Assembly (NCBI GenBank): GCA_002419005.1
Contig: DIFF01000012.1
Coordinates: 147,455 to 211,454 of the forward strand
Origin: Peptococcaceae bacterium UBA5755
GTDB taxonomy: Bacteria; Bacillota; Dehalobacteriia; UBA4068; UBA5755
Direction: 5' to 3'
DNA: 64,000 nucleotides
The notes under the pieces are model-generated. The model had not been told where the DNA came from. It was given only the letters and a program-made list of their open reading frames with translations, and ran no database searches. Position 1 is the first letter of the stretch. Every line of letters begins with the position of its first letter. This document shows, piece after piece, positions 37,967 through 47,339 of the stretch. The position numbers and the translations under genes are program-made.

Positions 37967-38515
37967 TTAAAATAATTCATTAATACTGTTAGATAAAAAG
38001 CTGTTTAAAGCCTGCCAAATTGGATGACGGCCAGAATCATCCACCACCTCTACTTTTACTACTTGATCACTCGGTAAAACTGTTTTTAAGGCGGTTTTTG
38101 CAACGCTATCTGTTGCGGGGCTATCGCTTAAAACATAAACCACTTGGCTGCTGGACGGCAAAGCCATGTCTAAATTTTCAGCAGCGTAGAGAGCAACCTG
38201 CTCAGGACTATAAACAGATTCCAAAGCCAGGTTAAGCTTCCCGTTTTCGCTTTCCGCCTCGCTTATAGCCATTTTTAAGTTGTTGACCTCATAACCATAA
38301 GCTGTAATTTTTGCTGTTATGGCGGTATATGCCAAAGCAAGTGAAAAAATTACCAGCACAACCAAAACCATACGTACCTTAACACTAAAGACTTTAACCT
38401 TTGCTTTGGGCTCTCTTTTGCTGTCCTGCACAACTGCAAGTTTTTGTTTTGGTTCTGTTATAAAATTTTCTTCATAAATAGCATTAGCCATATTTTGTTT
38501 TCTTGCTGGTTGCAC
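37967..38515 (-). CDS. ftsL: FtsL-like septum formation protein (bitopic, coiled coil), longer than typical
   Basis: 182 aa with a GTG start and an AGGAGGG SD, one TM segment (VRMVLVVLVIFSLALAYTAI), then the coiled coil EVNNLKMAISEAESENGKLNLALES. It lies between rsmH and the PBP. Confidence 0.7.
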   Translation of the reverse strand: MQPARKQNMANAIYEENFITEPKQKLAVVQDSKREPKAKVKVFSVKVRMVLVVLVIFSLALAYTAITAKITAYGYEVNNLKMAISEAESENGKLNLALESVYSPEQVALYAAENLDMALPSSSQVVYVLSDSPATDSVAKTALKTVLPSDQVVKVEVVDDSGRHPIWQALNSFLSNSINELF

Positions 38516-38542
38516 TTTTTGGCCCTCCTGTAATCAAATTAA

Positions 38543-39484
38543 TTATATCTTTTCGGCTACTCTCAACTTGGCACTTCTAGCTCGTGGATTCGCTTCAATT
38601 TCTTCTTTTGTTGCTATAATCGGCTTCCTGGTCAAAACCAACACTTCCGGCTGATGGTTACAAGTACAAATGGGCATCTCCGGCGGGCAAATGCAGCCAC
38701 GGCCCCATTGACGAAACATTTCCTTTACTATTCTGTCTTCCAAAGAATGAAAGGTTATTACTGCTAACCTGCCTCCAGGGGCCAACAAATCAAAAGCATC
38801 CATAAGGCCTTTTTCTAAAATTTTCAACTCATTATTTACTGCTATGCGTAAAGCCTGAAAGGTGCGTTTGGCTGGGTGTTGATCTTCTCCGTTGCTTGAT
38901 GGTATAGCCCCTCTTATCAGCTCCACCAATTCCCGAGTGGTGGTAATAGGTTTAATTTCTCTTGCTTCAACAATTCTTTTAGCAATACGCCGGCTATAAC
39001 GTTCCTCACCATATTGATAAATCAAATCCGCCAGTATTTTTTCTTCTGTTTTGTTTATAATATCCGCTGCGGTAGGCACATTGGCCGTAGCATCCATCCT
39101 CATATCTAAAGGCCCATTATTCATATAGGAAAAGCCTCGTTCTTTTTCATCCAGCTGATAAGAAGATACCCCTATATCAAAAAGTATTCCGTTAACCTGC
39201 CCCCAAGCAACCTCTTTGGCAACCTGCGCCAACTGAGAAAAATTTGCCTTGATTATTTGCACGCTTTGGCCAAACTGGGCTAATTTTTCCTTGCCGGCAG
39301 CAATTGCTGCAGCATCCTGATCCAAGGCCAAAAGCTTTCCCCCTGGCATGGCCCGCTTAATTATTTCATAAGCGTGACCGCCACCTCCCATGGTGCAATC
39401 CACATATAGACCACCCGGCCTGGGAGCAAGCATGTCCATAGTTTCTTTGAGAAGCACCGGTTTGTGGTCAAAAGAGCCCTCCAT
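38543..39484 (-). CDS. rsmH: 16S rRNA (cytosine1402-N4)-methyltransferase
   Basis: 313 aa with HKPVLLKE, DCTMGGGGH, DIGVSSYQLD and TFHSLEDRIVK motifs. Confidence 0.95.
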   Translation of the reverse strand: MEGSFDHKPVLLKETMDMLAPRPGGLYVDCTMGGGGHAYEIIKRAMPGGKLLALDQDAAAIAAGKEKLAQFGQSVQIIKANFSQLAQVAKEVAWGQVNGILFDIGVSSYQLDEKERGFSYMNNGPLDMRMDATANVPTAADIINKTEEKILADLIYQYGEERYSRRIAKRIVEAREIKPITTTRELVELIRGAIPSSNGEDQHPAKRTFQALRIAVNNELKILEKGLMDAFDLLAPGGRLAVITFHSLEDRIVKEMFRQWGRGCICPPEMPICTCNHQPEVLVLTRKPIIATKEEIEANPRARSAKLRVAEKI

Positions 39485-39500
39485 TTTTATTTAAAGCCTC

Positions 39501-39938
39501 CTAAAGACCAATGCCAAAATCGGCTAATTTCTCGGCGATCTCTTCATACTGCGCACTGGTTGTCTCATTATAATTTAGCCAAGCATCTTTGCTCCAAATC
39601 TCCACCCTGGCACCAACGCCAATGATCATCACTTCTTTTGTCAATTCGCCATGTTCACGCAAAGACCCCGGAAGTAAAATTCTGCCTTGTTTGTCAATTT
39701 CCACTTCGGCCGCCCCAGAAAATAAAAGGCGGGCAAAAGCACGGCTGTCTGATTTGGTAAAAGAAAGCTGCCGCAAGCTTTGTTCAAGCCCCTTCCACTC
39801 TGCTTTTGGATAAGCAAAAAGACATTTATCTAACCCTTTGGTAACAACAAAATTTTCGCCCAAAGCTTCACGAAACTTGGCCGGCACACTCACCCTGCCT
39901 TTGGGATCTATGGTGTGTTGATATTCTCCCATGAACAT
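39501..39938 (-). CDS. mraZ: Transcriptional regulator MraZ
   Basis: 145 aa with [23 protein letters not shown] and a second SpoVT/AbrB-like repeat (DKQGRILLP). Confidence 0.95.
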   Translation of the reverse strand: MFMGEYQHTIDPKGRVSVPAKFREALGENFVVTKGLDKCLFAYPKAEWKGLEQSLRQLSFTKSDSRAFARLLFSGAAEVEIDKQGRILLPGSLREHGELTKEVMIIGVGARVEIWSKDAWLNYNETTSAQYEEIAEKLADFGIGL

Positions 39939-39990
39939 GGACTTAGCCCCTTTAAAAAATTTTGTTTTACCTAACTTTTAAATAACTTTT

Positions 39991-40017
39991 ATACCACTTT
40001 ATCCCACAACATACCAT
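39991..40017 (-). promoter_or_regulatory. Candidate MraZ operator: three direct repeats at exact 10-bp spacing
   Basis: The minus strand reads ATGGTAT-gtt-GTGGGAT-aaa-GTGGTAT (+ strand ataccac 39991-97, atcccac 40001-07, ataccat 40011-17). It lies just downstream of a TTTACA-16-TATAAA promoter-like element and about 55 nt upstream of mraZ. Confidence 0.5.
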
Positions 40018-40206
40018 TTAATTTATAATATACTATATTTTTATGTAAAACACAAGATTTTTTTGAAATATCCCTGCTATTTATAATTTTGCGATTAGTA
40101 ACAAAATGCGGTGGTTTTGTGTTTATTTTAAAATTTTTATTACTATATATAGTGTTTGTAATAAATTTTTTAAATTAAATTATAAAAATTTATTATTTTT
40201 TACTAA

Positions 40207-40241
40207 TAAAAAAGGCAAGGGGTCGTTTTCGACCCCTTGCC
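40207..40241 (-). terminator. Rho-independent terminator after the TPR membrane protein gene
   Basis: On the minus strand, ggcaaggggtcg-aaaa-cgaccccttgcc forms a 12-bp GC-rich stem followed by TTTTTTATT. Confidence 0.85.
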
Positions 40242-40282
40242 CAATAATAAATTGACTTAACTTTTTAAATTAAATTTATATT

Positions 40283-40996
40283 TTACTTGGTTGTTTCTCC
40301 ACTATTCTCCGTTGTGCTTTCATTTTCGGCAGCTTTAGAAAGTTCTTCGATGGATTTTGCCAAGTTTTCTTTAAAGGATAACATTTCTGAATAATATTCC
40401 CCATCTTCACCCATTGCAGCCAAACAATTATCTACTACCTTTACGGCAACCTCTGTTTTGCCGGAGTAAAAGAGGACCGTGGCATAGGTGGCATTAATCT
40501 CATAGCTGGCGGGGGCTAAAGCAATTGCCTTTTCAAAATTTTCCGTAGATAAATCATCCTCAGAACCAAACCAATAGCTCATACCTGCCTGATAATAAAG
40601 ACTAGCCTTCCCGGCATCATTCAGCTCTGTTGGCGCATATTTCAAAGCTTCCAGATAAAGATCTCCCGCCTCAATAAATGCTGCTGTCATTTTTGTGTTT
40701 TGGCTGTTTTGGCCATAAAGGTTACCAACATTATACAAAAGATCGGCTAATCCCTTCACGGTGCTATAATTTCCCGGATTTTTGGCCAAATCACTGCGAG
40801 ACTGACTAATAGCTGATTCATAGGTTTTTATTTGCGAAGAAATATCATTAGAGCTTACATTAGTTTTTATGTTAGATGTACCCATAAAGGCAAAAGATAT
40901 GACCAAACCAACCACAATAAGTGCTAAAATGATTATAAAAGCAATTTGGCTGGATTTTTTATTTTTTGCATTACGGATTTTTTTCATTAATGCCAT
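40283..40996 (-). CDS. Membrane-anchored TPR-like repeat protein, function unknown
   Basis: 237 aa from the ATG at 40996 (GGAGG 10 nt upstream). It has a basic N-terminus and one TM segment (IAFIIILALIVVGLVISFAF), then TPR-like helices (YLEALKYAP..., FEKAIALAPASYE...). Confidence 0.6.
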   Translation of the reverse strand: MALMKKIRNAKNKKSSQIAFIIILALIVVGLVISFAFMGTSNIKTNVSSNDISSQIKTYESAISQSRSDLAKNPGNYSTVKGLADLLYNVGNLYGQNSQNTKMTAAFIEAGDLYLEALKYAPTELNDAGKASLYYQAGMSYWFGSEDDLSTENFEKAIALAPASYEINATYATVLFYSGKTEVAVKVVDNCLAAMGEDGEYYSEMLSFKENLAKSIEELSKAAENESTTENSGETTK

Positions 40997-41108
40997 AAAA
41001 TTACGACCTCCATGCTTTGAGCTATTTTCATAATAAAACAACATACAAAAAAATAATATAGTAAAAATGAATACCTGTCAATAATAAATACTGGAATAAA
41101 TACTGGTA

Positions 41109-41138
41109 AACTACTAGCAGACTCGTCTGCTAGTAGTT
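41109..41138 (-). terminator. Hairpin after the Fur-family gene
   Basis: aactactagcagac / gtctgctagtagtt forms a 14-bp perfect stem with a minimal loop, followed by a weak U-tract. Confidence 0.5.
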
Positions 41139-41180
41139 CTAGATTAAAAGATTTAAAATAAAGCTAAAAGGATCAAACCC

Positions 41181-41603
41181 CTAATTTGCCTGAGATTGTT
41201 TTTCCATTAAACAAGCATTACAAATACCATAAAACTCCAGCCTATGGGAAGTTATTTCCCCCATTGCAGCTGCTTTAGCACTTTCCAACAAACCTTGCTG
41301 CATAGTTATATCAATATCATAGACCCGTCCGCAAGCCTGACAAACAAAATGATAATGGGGGAAGTAATTACCGTCAAAATGGCTTACCCCTTTACCATAA
41401 TTAAGCTCTTGTATTTTATTATCCTGCAGCAAAACCTTCAAATTGCGATACACTGTACCTAAACTGATATACGGCAGTTTTTTGCGGGCTTCCAAATAAA
41501 TATTCTCGGCCGTGGGGTGGCTTGTGGTATTATGTAGTATCTCCTGAATAATCCTTCTTTGAAGAGTCATCCTTTGACATTTATTGCTTTTGCTTTTGGA
41601 CAT
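41181..41603 (-). CDS. Fur-family metalloregulator (Fur/PerR/Zur type not resolved)
   Basis: 140 aa from the ATG at 41603 (GAGGTG SD). It has a winged-helix region (HPTAENIYLEARKKLPYISLGTVYRNLKVL), HYHFVCQACG and a C-terminal CNAC, giving two CxxC pairs. Confidence 0.88.
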   Translation of the reverse strand: MSKSKSNKCQRMTLQRRIIQEILHNTTSHPTAENIYLEARKKLPYISLGTVYRNLKVLLQDNKIQELNYGKGVSHFDGNYFPHYHFVCQACGRVYDIDITMQQGLLESAKAAAMGEITSHRLEFYGICNACLMEKQSQAN

Positions 41604-41651
41604 GCTATTCACCTCTTGAATATCATCAATCAAATATCGTCAATCACTTTT

Positions 41652-42044
41652 TTAATTTAAAAGATTATTCATTACACCAATTTCATTTTCTTCTTCCGGC
41701 CAAATATCTAAAGTATCGCCAAAAATTTTTTGAATATTATTGACCATACGAACAAATTTATATTCGCTATTTAAAAAATTATTAACATCCGGGTTTGAAC
41801 TAAGTTTTATGTACATTTCATCCAAAGTTTCTCTGGTCTTTTCCACTTCTTTTCCCATCATCTCAGCAATTTGTAGCTGCATTTGTTGTTGTCTAAGGTC
41901 AAACAGAGCGTTAGCACTGTTTTCATCTGTATAGAGCTTTTCTTTAGCTAACATATATTGATTATATTCTTCGCTGTTACGCAATAATTCTGCCAACTTA
42001 TGAGCACTAGAATAAATTTTTTTTCTATCATCGCATTTAATCAC
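41652..42044 (-). CDS. ylbF: YlbF/YmcA-family regulatory protein (UPF0342)
   Basis: 130 aa, helical. The motifs L..SEEY..Y...K..L..D..A..L...F...Q and NP.V..F...E are typical of the family. Confidence 0.7.
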   Translation of the reverse strand: MIKCDDRKKIYSSAHKLAELLRNSEEYNQYMLAKEKLYTDENSANALFDLRQQQMQLQIAEMMGKEVEKTRETLDEMYIKLSSNPDVNNFLNSEYKFVRMVNNIQKIFGDTLDIWPEEENEIGVMNNLLN

Positions 42045-42143
42045 ATCATTACCTTCTATCTATAAAAATATTATATTATAGATAAGTTATTATCAATAAT
42101 AATTATTATATCATATATTTGAAATTTTCAGCAAAAATTTTTT

Positions 42144-42183
42144 AAAAAAGGTGCACCAGTTTTAAAACCGTTGCACCTTTTTT
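42144..42183 (-). terminator. Terminator at the end of the hdr-flx operon
   Basis: aaaaaaggtgca / tgcacctttttt arms 7 nt downstream of the flxA stop. A T-run follows on the minus strand. Confidence 0.6.
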
Positions 42184-42189
42184 GATTGT

Positions 42190-43038
42190 TTAATATTCAG
42201 CTGGCAAATCTGCCAGTTCTGCCATAGTAAACACCGGCCCATCCAAGCAAACATATTTGCTGCCTATATTGCAGCGGCCACATTTGCCAATACCGCATTT
42301 CATACGCATTTCTAAGGTGGTTACCACCTGGTCATCAGCAAAACCCATTTTTTTCAGGGATTGAGCGCAATATTTGATCATAATGGGGGGACCACACAAA
42401 ACTACAATGGTGTCAGCAGGCGAGAAGTTGAGCTCTTCCACAAAGGCCGGCACAAAACCAACATGACCATTCCAATTTTCATCACCTTTATCCACCGTTA
42501 CATGAACTTCGGTGTCCGGCATGGCCGGCCAATTTTTAAACAAGTCATCCTTAAAGCACAAGTCGGCAGGAGTACGGGAACCATAAACTATGTCGATCTT
42601 GCCATAATCTTTGCGGTTTTCAAAAGCATAACGAATAAAAGAACGCACAGGAGCAAGACCAATACCGCCGCCAATGAAAAGCATGTTTTTACCCTTGCAG
42701 CCTTCGGTGGGGAAGGTGTTGCCATAAGGACCACGCAAACCAATTTGTTTGCCAGGTTTTACTTCATGTAAAGCATCGGTGAGCATGCCAATTTTTTTAA
42801 TGGCAAAATCCAAATAATCTTCGCCTTGAGCAGTAATAGAAAACATACCTTCACCGATACCAATAAGAGAAAACATACCAAGTTGACCAGGCTTCGGGGC
42901 AAAAGGCTTGGTGCCTTCCATAGTTTTAACTTTAAAGGTTTTAATATCCGGGGTTTCGTCTGTAATCTCTACAATTTGACAAACCTGTGGTACAAGAGGG
43001 TTCTTTTCACAACTACATTCTCTTTCTATCTCAACCAT
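42190..43038 (-). CDS. flxA: FlxA-like FAD/NAD(P)H-binding oxidoreductase with a C-terminal [2Fe-2S] motif (AsrB / sulfhydrogenase-gamma fold)
   Basis: 282 aa with an FNR-like fold (FIGGGIGLAP) and C-terminal CGIGKCGRCNIG...CLDGPVF. Confidence 0.75.
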   Translation of the reverse strand: MVEIERECSCEKNPLVPQVCQIVEITDETPDIKTFKVKTMEGTKPFAPKPGQLGMFSLIGIGEGMFSITAQGEDYLDFAIKKIGMLTDALHEVKPGKQIGLRGPYGNTFPTEGCKGKNMLFIGGGIGLAPVRSFIRYAFENRKDYGKIDIVYGSRTPADLCFKDDLFKNWPAMPDTEVHVTVDKGDENWNGHVGFVPAFVEELNFSPADTIVVLCGPPIMIKYCAQSLKKMGFADDQVVTTLEMRMKCGIGKCGRCNIGSKYVCLDGPVFTMAELADLPAEY

Positions 43039-44026
43039 TTACCGGCACCTCCTTCACCTTTTCAATAAAGCGGGTGATGTCTATATTAACGGGGCAATTT
43101 ACTACACAACGGCCACAGCCGGCACATAGGTTTTTGTTATAGCGTTCATCAAAATAGGCCAGCTTGTGCATAAAGCGGTTACGCAGCCTTTCCTTTTTGC
43201 TAGGACGGGGGTTATGGCCACCAGCCATTCTCGTATATTCAGAAAACATACAAGAATCCCAGCAACGGAATTGGACACCTTCCTGACCATGATTCTCCGC
43301 GTTAATATCAAAACAGTAGCAGGTGGGACAAATATAGGTGCAGGTTCCGCAGCCTATACAAGCTTGATATCCATCATCCCAAATGTCACTTTCAAACATG
43401 CCTCTAAGTTTAGCCGGCAGACCTGCCATATCCAGTTTCAATTCACAGCTAATAGGAGTGGCAGTGCCTTCTCCGGCTTCCAAAAGGGGCTGCCAAAGAG
43501 CTTCCACAGCTTTACCCTTTTCGGTTCTGGCTTCCACAACATAAGCATCGCCGATATCGATCAGTTGCATATCAGCACTTGCTGCATTGTTAGGGTCTAC
43601 ACCCATGGAATCGCAAAAACAAGTGGGATTGCTTTTGGTGCAGTTGATGGCAATGGTAGTAAGGTTTTCTCTTTTACGGCTGTAGAAATTATCCACATAA
43701 CCTTTGGTAAGAAAAACCGCATCCATGCAATCTATGCTGTGCATATCACAGGAACGCAGACCAAAAACTACCTGTTTGTCAGAATCAGTAATTTCTTTTA
43801 CTTCAGCAGTTTCAGCACTCACTTTGTATTTATACATTTTCTCTGTTTGAGGGAAAAGCGCATCTTTAGGCGGCAGCAGAGTATTTACAATGTCCAAAGC
43901 TAATTTGCCTTCAGTTCCCCAAGGAGCAAATTTGCTGACGCCATCCACAATCATTGGTACCAAAACGGTGGCTTCTTTTGCTAACATATCCAATGCTTGA
44001 TTTACTTTACTTTTTGATAACTTCAC
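43031..44026 (-). CDS. flxB: FlxB-like iron-sulfur protein (AsrA / sulfhydrogenase-beta-like)
   Basis: About 331 aa with ferredoxin-type clusters CIGCGTCTYICPTC and CAGCGRCVVNCP. The GTG at 44026 is preferred (AAGGAGGTGA 8 nt upstream); the track start at 44035 abuts the SD. Confidence 0.7.
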   Translation of the reverse strand: MKLSKSKVNQALDMLAKEATVLVPMIVDGVSKFAPWGTEGKLALDIVNTLLPPKDALFPQTEKMYKYKVSAETAEVKEITDSDKQVVFGLRSCDMHSIDCMDAVFLTKGYVDNFYSRKRENLTTIAINCTKSNPTCFCDSMGVDPNNAASADMQLIDIGDAYVVEARTEKGKAVEALWQPLLEAGEGTATPISCELKLDMAGLPAKLRGMFESDIWDDGYQACIGCGTCTYICPTCYCFDINAENHGQEGVQFRCWDSCMFSEYTRMAGGHNPRPSKKERLRNRFMHKLAYFDERYNKNLCAGCGRCVVNCPVNIDITRFIEKVKEVPVNG

Positions 44027-44039
44027 TACTGTCACCTCC

Positions 44040-44897
44040 TTACATAAATTCTTCTACGTCGTTAGTTTCATAATGACCCAAAGCAGGTTTAGTTTCTGTA
44101 TCCAAGCCAGCCTCATAAGCACCGAAAAGATTGTTGATATCTTTCAGCATTTTCCGGTTCAATTTCATTAAAGGCAGACCCATGGGGCAAACCCTTTGGC
44201 ATTCACCGCACTCAATGCAGCGGTCACCAACGTGATAAGCTCTAGTAATGCCAAAAATTTGGTTTTCTGCTCTATTGTTTTGCTTACCTTGCCAGCCCAC
44301 TCTGTATTGATCGGTATAGCATTCCCGGCAGTTACAGGCAGGGCAAACATTGCGGCAGGCATAACAACGAATACATTTGTCGTACACGTCAGCCCAATAA
44401 TTATAACGCTCATCCGGAGTCATGGCTTCCAACTCTTCAACCTCTTTAAACCGTTCGGGCTGAGGAACTTCTTCCACGGGACTACCCAAGAGCACATCAT
44501 AAACCACAGGGTTACGGTGAGCGCATTCTACACACTTTTTAGCCGGTTCATTGGTTTCCGGATCCAACTTGCCAGAGCAAGGGATGCCGATTAGATATAC
44601 ATCTTCCCGCTTCAGCTGATGGTCTTGGATTAAGCGGTTAACAGCTCTGGAATCGCAGCCACGCACGCAAATACCAATTTTCTTTTCCGGATATTTATCA
44701 TCCTGAGTATATTTAGCCAAGGTGCTCAGGCAATAGTCATCCCAAACCAGTTCATCTACTTTGGCTGGATCTTTAACAAATATGGGGTGCGTTTGATTAG
44801 CAAAACGGCCTTTGCCCCAACCAATGATATAACCAACTTCGCCGCTTTCCAATAATTCACGAGCGGTTTTACGCAGTTCTTGTTGGATATCACTCAT
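44040..44897 (-). CDS. flxC: FlxC-like 4Fe-4S iron-sulfur protein
   Basis: 285 aa from the ATG at 44897, overlapping the flxD stop (AATGAGTGA). Cluster motifs are CIRCYACRNVCPAC and CIECGECQRVCP. Confidence 0.7.
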   Translation of the reverse strand: MSDIQQELRKTARELLESGEVGYIIGWGKGRFANQTHPIFVKDPAKVDELVWDDYCLSTLAKYTQDDKYPEKKIGICVRGCDSRAVNRLIQDHQLKREDVYLIGIPCSGKLDPETNEPAKKCVECAHRNPVVYDVLLGSPVEEVPQPERFKEVEELEAMTPDERYNYWADVYDKCIRCYACRNVCPACNCRECYTDQYRVGWQGKQNNRAENQIFGITRAYHVGDRCIECGECQRVCPMGLPLMKLNRKMLKDINNLFGAYEAGLDTETKPALGHYETNDVEEFM

Positions 44898-45366
44898 TAG
44901 ATTCACCCCTCTCCTTATACCAGCTCTCTTGGAATTTCTTATTAGGACCAAGAGCTTTAATGTCATTAGAAACTTTTGTCACAGTATCTCTAAACTTACC
45001 GGCTTCTGCACCGGAGATCCAGCGGGCCTGGAATCTTCTGGGGTCAATACCGTTATACTCTAAGAAACGCTGCATCAAGAGGAAACGACGACGGGTAAAA
45101 TAGTTACCAGTAACATAGTGACAGTCACCGGGGTGGCAACCACAAACCAAAACGCCGTCGGAACCTTTTTGAAAGGCTCTAAGGACAAATTGAGGGTTGA
45201 CACGGCCAGAGCAAGGTACCCGAATAACCCGAACGTTTTCCGGGTATTTCATCCTGTTTAAACCGGCCAAATCGGCACCAGCATAGGTGCACCAGTTGCA
45301 GCTAAAGGAAAGGATCTTCGGTTCCCAATTAGGATCAACATTCTTTTTTTCAACATCTACAGACAT
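44890..45366 (-). CDS. flxD: MvhD-like (methyl-viologen-reducing hydrogenase delta) protein, FlxD
   Basis: 158 aa from the ATG at 45366 (GGAGG upstream). It has FSCNWCTYAGADLAG, VPCSGR and VCGCHPGDCHY motifs. It lies directly downstream of hdrA and overlaps it. Confidence 0.85.
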   Translation of the reverse strand: MSVDVEKKNVDPNWEPKILSFSCNWCTYAGADLAGLNRMKYPENVRVIRVPCSGRVNPQFVLRAFQKGSDGVLVCGCHPGDCHYVTGNYFTRRRFLLMQRFLEYNGIDPRRFQARWISGAEAGKFRDTVTKVSNDIKALGPNKKFQESWYKERGESNE

Positions 45367-47339
45367 AATGCGTCCACCTCCTCTAGGATTTGGGCATTGG
45401 TGAAGCCAAGCAGGTCTATGGCACCGGGACGGCAGCCTGCAACACAAGCACCGCAGCCTTGGCACAAGCCAGAGTTAACTGTAGATACTCGGCGGGTAAT
45501 TTTTTTGCCATGTTCAATAAATTCCATATCCTGCATGCTGATGGCTTTGTAAGGACAGATGCCAGCACAATCGCCGCAGCCGGAGCATTTTTCAATATCC
45601 ACTTTACTTATCATGGGGTTGGTTTGCAGCTCGGCTTTGCTGAAGATGCCACAAACCTTGGCAGCAGAAGCAGAAGCTTGGGCTACGGTATCAGGAATAT
45701 CTTTGGGGCCTTGGCAAACGCCAGCCAGGAAAACACCAGCGGTATGGGTTTCTACCGGACGGAGTTTGGGGTGTGCTTCCTGCAACCAGTTGTCATTGTC
45801 GCGGCTAATAGTCATCAAAGTAGCCACTTTCTCCACACCGGCTGCGGGCACCATAGCAGTTTCCAAAACTACCATATCAGCAGCAACACTAACAGTTTGG
45901 CCGCTCAAGGTATCCTCACCTTTACAAATTAGTTTACCATCTTCCTCATAAATCTTGGATACACGGCCACGAACATATATGGCGCCGTCTTCCAAGGTTC
46001 TGGTATAAAATTCTTCATAAGCTTTGCCGGCTGTCCGCACATCTATATAAAATACATAGCATTGAGCATTATCTATTTTTTCCAAAACCTGGTGAGCATG
46101 CTTGGCAGCATACATACAGCAGGCTCTAGAGCAATAACCTTTGCCTTTGTTGGGGTCACGGGAACCAACACACTTAACAATAACAACCGATTTCGGTTCT
46201 TTGCCATCGGAAGGACGTAAAATGTGACCTTCGGTTGGGCCGGAAGCATTAACCAATCTTTCAAACTGCAAACCGTTAATAACATCCGGGTATTGGCCGC
46301 CACCATACTCGCCATAAATAGATTTCCAATCTATCAGCTCATAACCAGTAGCAATGACGATGGCACCATAAGTATTTGTAATAAGTTTATCTTCATCTTC
46401 AAAATTGATACAGCCCTGCGGACATTGGGTTTGACAAATGCCACATTTTGCTTTGCCATTCAGTTTACGGCAGTTGGCAGCATCAATAACCGGTTTAGCA
46501 GGAACGGCTTGGGGAAAAGGTTTGTAAATAGCACGTCTTTGAGCCATACCTTGTTCAAACTCACTGGTAACCTTAGAGGGGCATTTCAGTTCGCAGATAC
46601 CGCAGCCGGTGCAAACACTATGGTCAACATAAGTTGCTTTCTGACGAATTGTAACTTCAAAGTTGCCAATATAGCCGCTGACTTTTTCTACTTCGCAGGA
46701 AGTCATAACGGTAATGTTGGGGTGTTGACCTGCATCAACCATTTTTGGGGTACAAATACAAGCCGAACAGTCCATAGTGGGGAAGGTTTTATCCAACATA
46801 ACCATTTTGCCACCCAAGGAAGGCTCTCTTTCTACCAAGGTTACAGGATAGCCGGCATCAGCAATATCCAAAGCAGCCTGAATGCCAGCAATACCTCCAC
46901 CAACAACCAGAGCCCGTTTGGTAACAGGAATGCTGGAGGTAAAAAGAGCATGGTTTTTGGCAACTTTTGCAACAGCCATTCTAACCAAGTCAATAGCTTT
47001 GTCGGTTGCTTTTTCCCTGTCGGTATGCACCCAAGAGCATTGTTCACGCAGGTTGGCAATTTCTAACATATAAGGGTTAATTTCTGTAGAAGCCAGCATT
47101 TTTCGGAAAGTGGGCTCGTGCATACGGGGAGAACAAGAACCAATAACGATACGGTCTAACTTGTGTTTGACGATAGCATCCTTAATGGCTTGTTGACCAG
47201 GTTCAGAGCAAGTATATTTGTTATCTTCCACATAAACTACATTAGGCATACTCTTGGCTTTTTCTACAACTTTTGCAATATCTACAACGGCGGCGATATT
47301 TGTTCCGCAATGACAAATAAATACACCTGTTCTACTCAT
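45357..47339 (-). CDS. hdrA: Heterodisulfide reductase subunit A-like flavoprotein
   Basis: 660 aa with MSRTGVFICHCGTNI, an FAD-binding site (VVGGGIAGIQAALD), and multiple ferredoxin motifs (CTGCGICELKCP, CSGCGDCAGICP, CQGCGACVAGC). It is one continuous ORF with no in-frame TGA. Confidence 0.92.
   Translation of the reverse strand: MSRTGVFICHCGTNIAAVVDIAKVVEKAKSMPNVVYVEDNKYTCSEPGQQAIKDAIVKHKLDRIVIGSCSPRMHEPTFRKMLASTEINPYMLEIANLREQCSWVHTDREKATDKAIDLVRMAVAKVAKNHALFTSSIPVTKRALVVGGGIAGIQAALDIADAGYPVTLVEREPSLGGKMVMLDKTFPTMDCSACICTPKMVDAGQHPNITVMTSCEVEKVSGYIGNFEVTIRQKATYVDHSVCTGCGICELKCPSKVTSEFEQGMAQRRAIYKPFPQAVPAKPVIDAANCRKLNGKAKCGICQTQCPQGCINFEDEDKLITNTYGAIVIATGYELIDWKSIYGEYGGGQYPDVINGLQFERLVNASGPTEGHILRPSDGKEPKSVVIVKCVGSRDPNKGKGYCSRACCMYAAKHAHQVLEKIDNAQCYVFYIDVRTAGKAYEEFYTRTLEDGAIYVRGRVSKIYEEDGKLICKGEDTLSGQTVSVAADMVVLETAMVPAAGVEKVATLMTISRDNDNWLQEAHPKLRPVETHTAGVFLAGVCQGPKDIPDTVAQASASAAKVCGIFSKAELQTNPMISKVDIEKCSGCGDCAGICPYKAISMQDMEFIEHGKKITRRVSTVNSGLCQGCGACVAGCRPGAIDLLGFTNAQILEEVDALCL

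Noticed and set aside
42057-42084. A 9-bp inverted repeat, tatctataa-N10-ttatagata, just upstream of ylbF.
   Set aside because: It is short, entirely AT-rich apart from one position, and lies in a TATA-rich promoter region, so it is compatible with chance.
46224-47066. Long antisense ORFs opposite well-supported genes: 46224..47066 (+, 280 aa), 45390..45932 (+), 43166..43903 (+, 245 aa), 51255..51863 (+), 9918..10457 (+), 12615..13034 (+) and 44196..44594 (+).
   Set aside because: These are shadow frames of strongly conserved minus-strand genes (hdrA, flxB, dnaE, metK, remA/mihF, flxC). They have no SD motifs, their sequences are low-complexity or implausible, and each is fully nested in a gene with clear family motifs.
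45357-47339. Possible selenocysteine (in-frame TGA) recoding in hdrA or the mvhD-like gene, as seen in some anaerobes.
   Set aside because: Both genes are continuous ORFs with Cys at the expected positions. Neither has an in-frame TGA or a split ORF.
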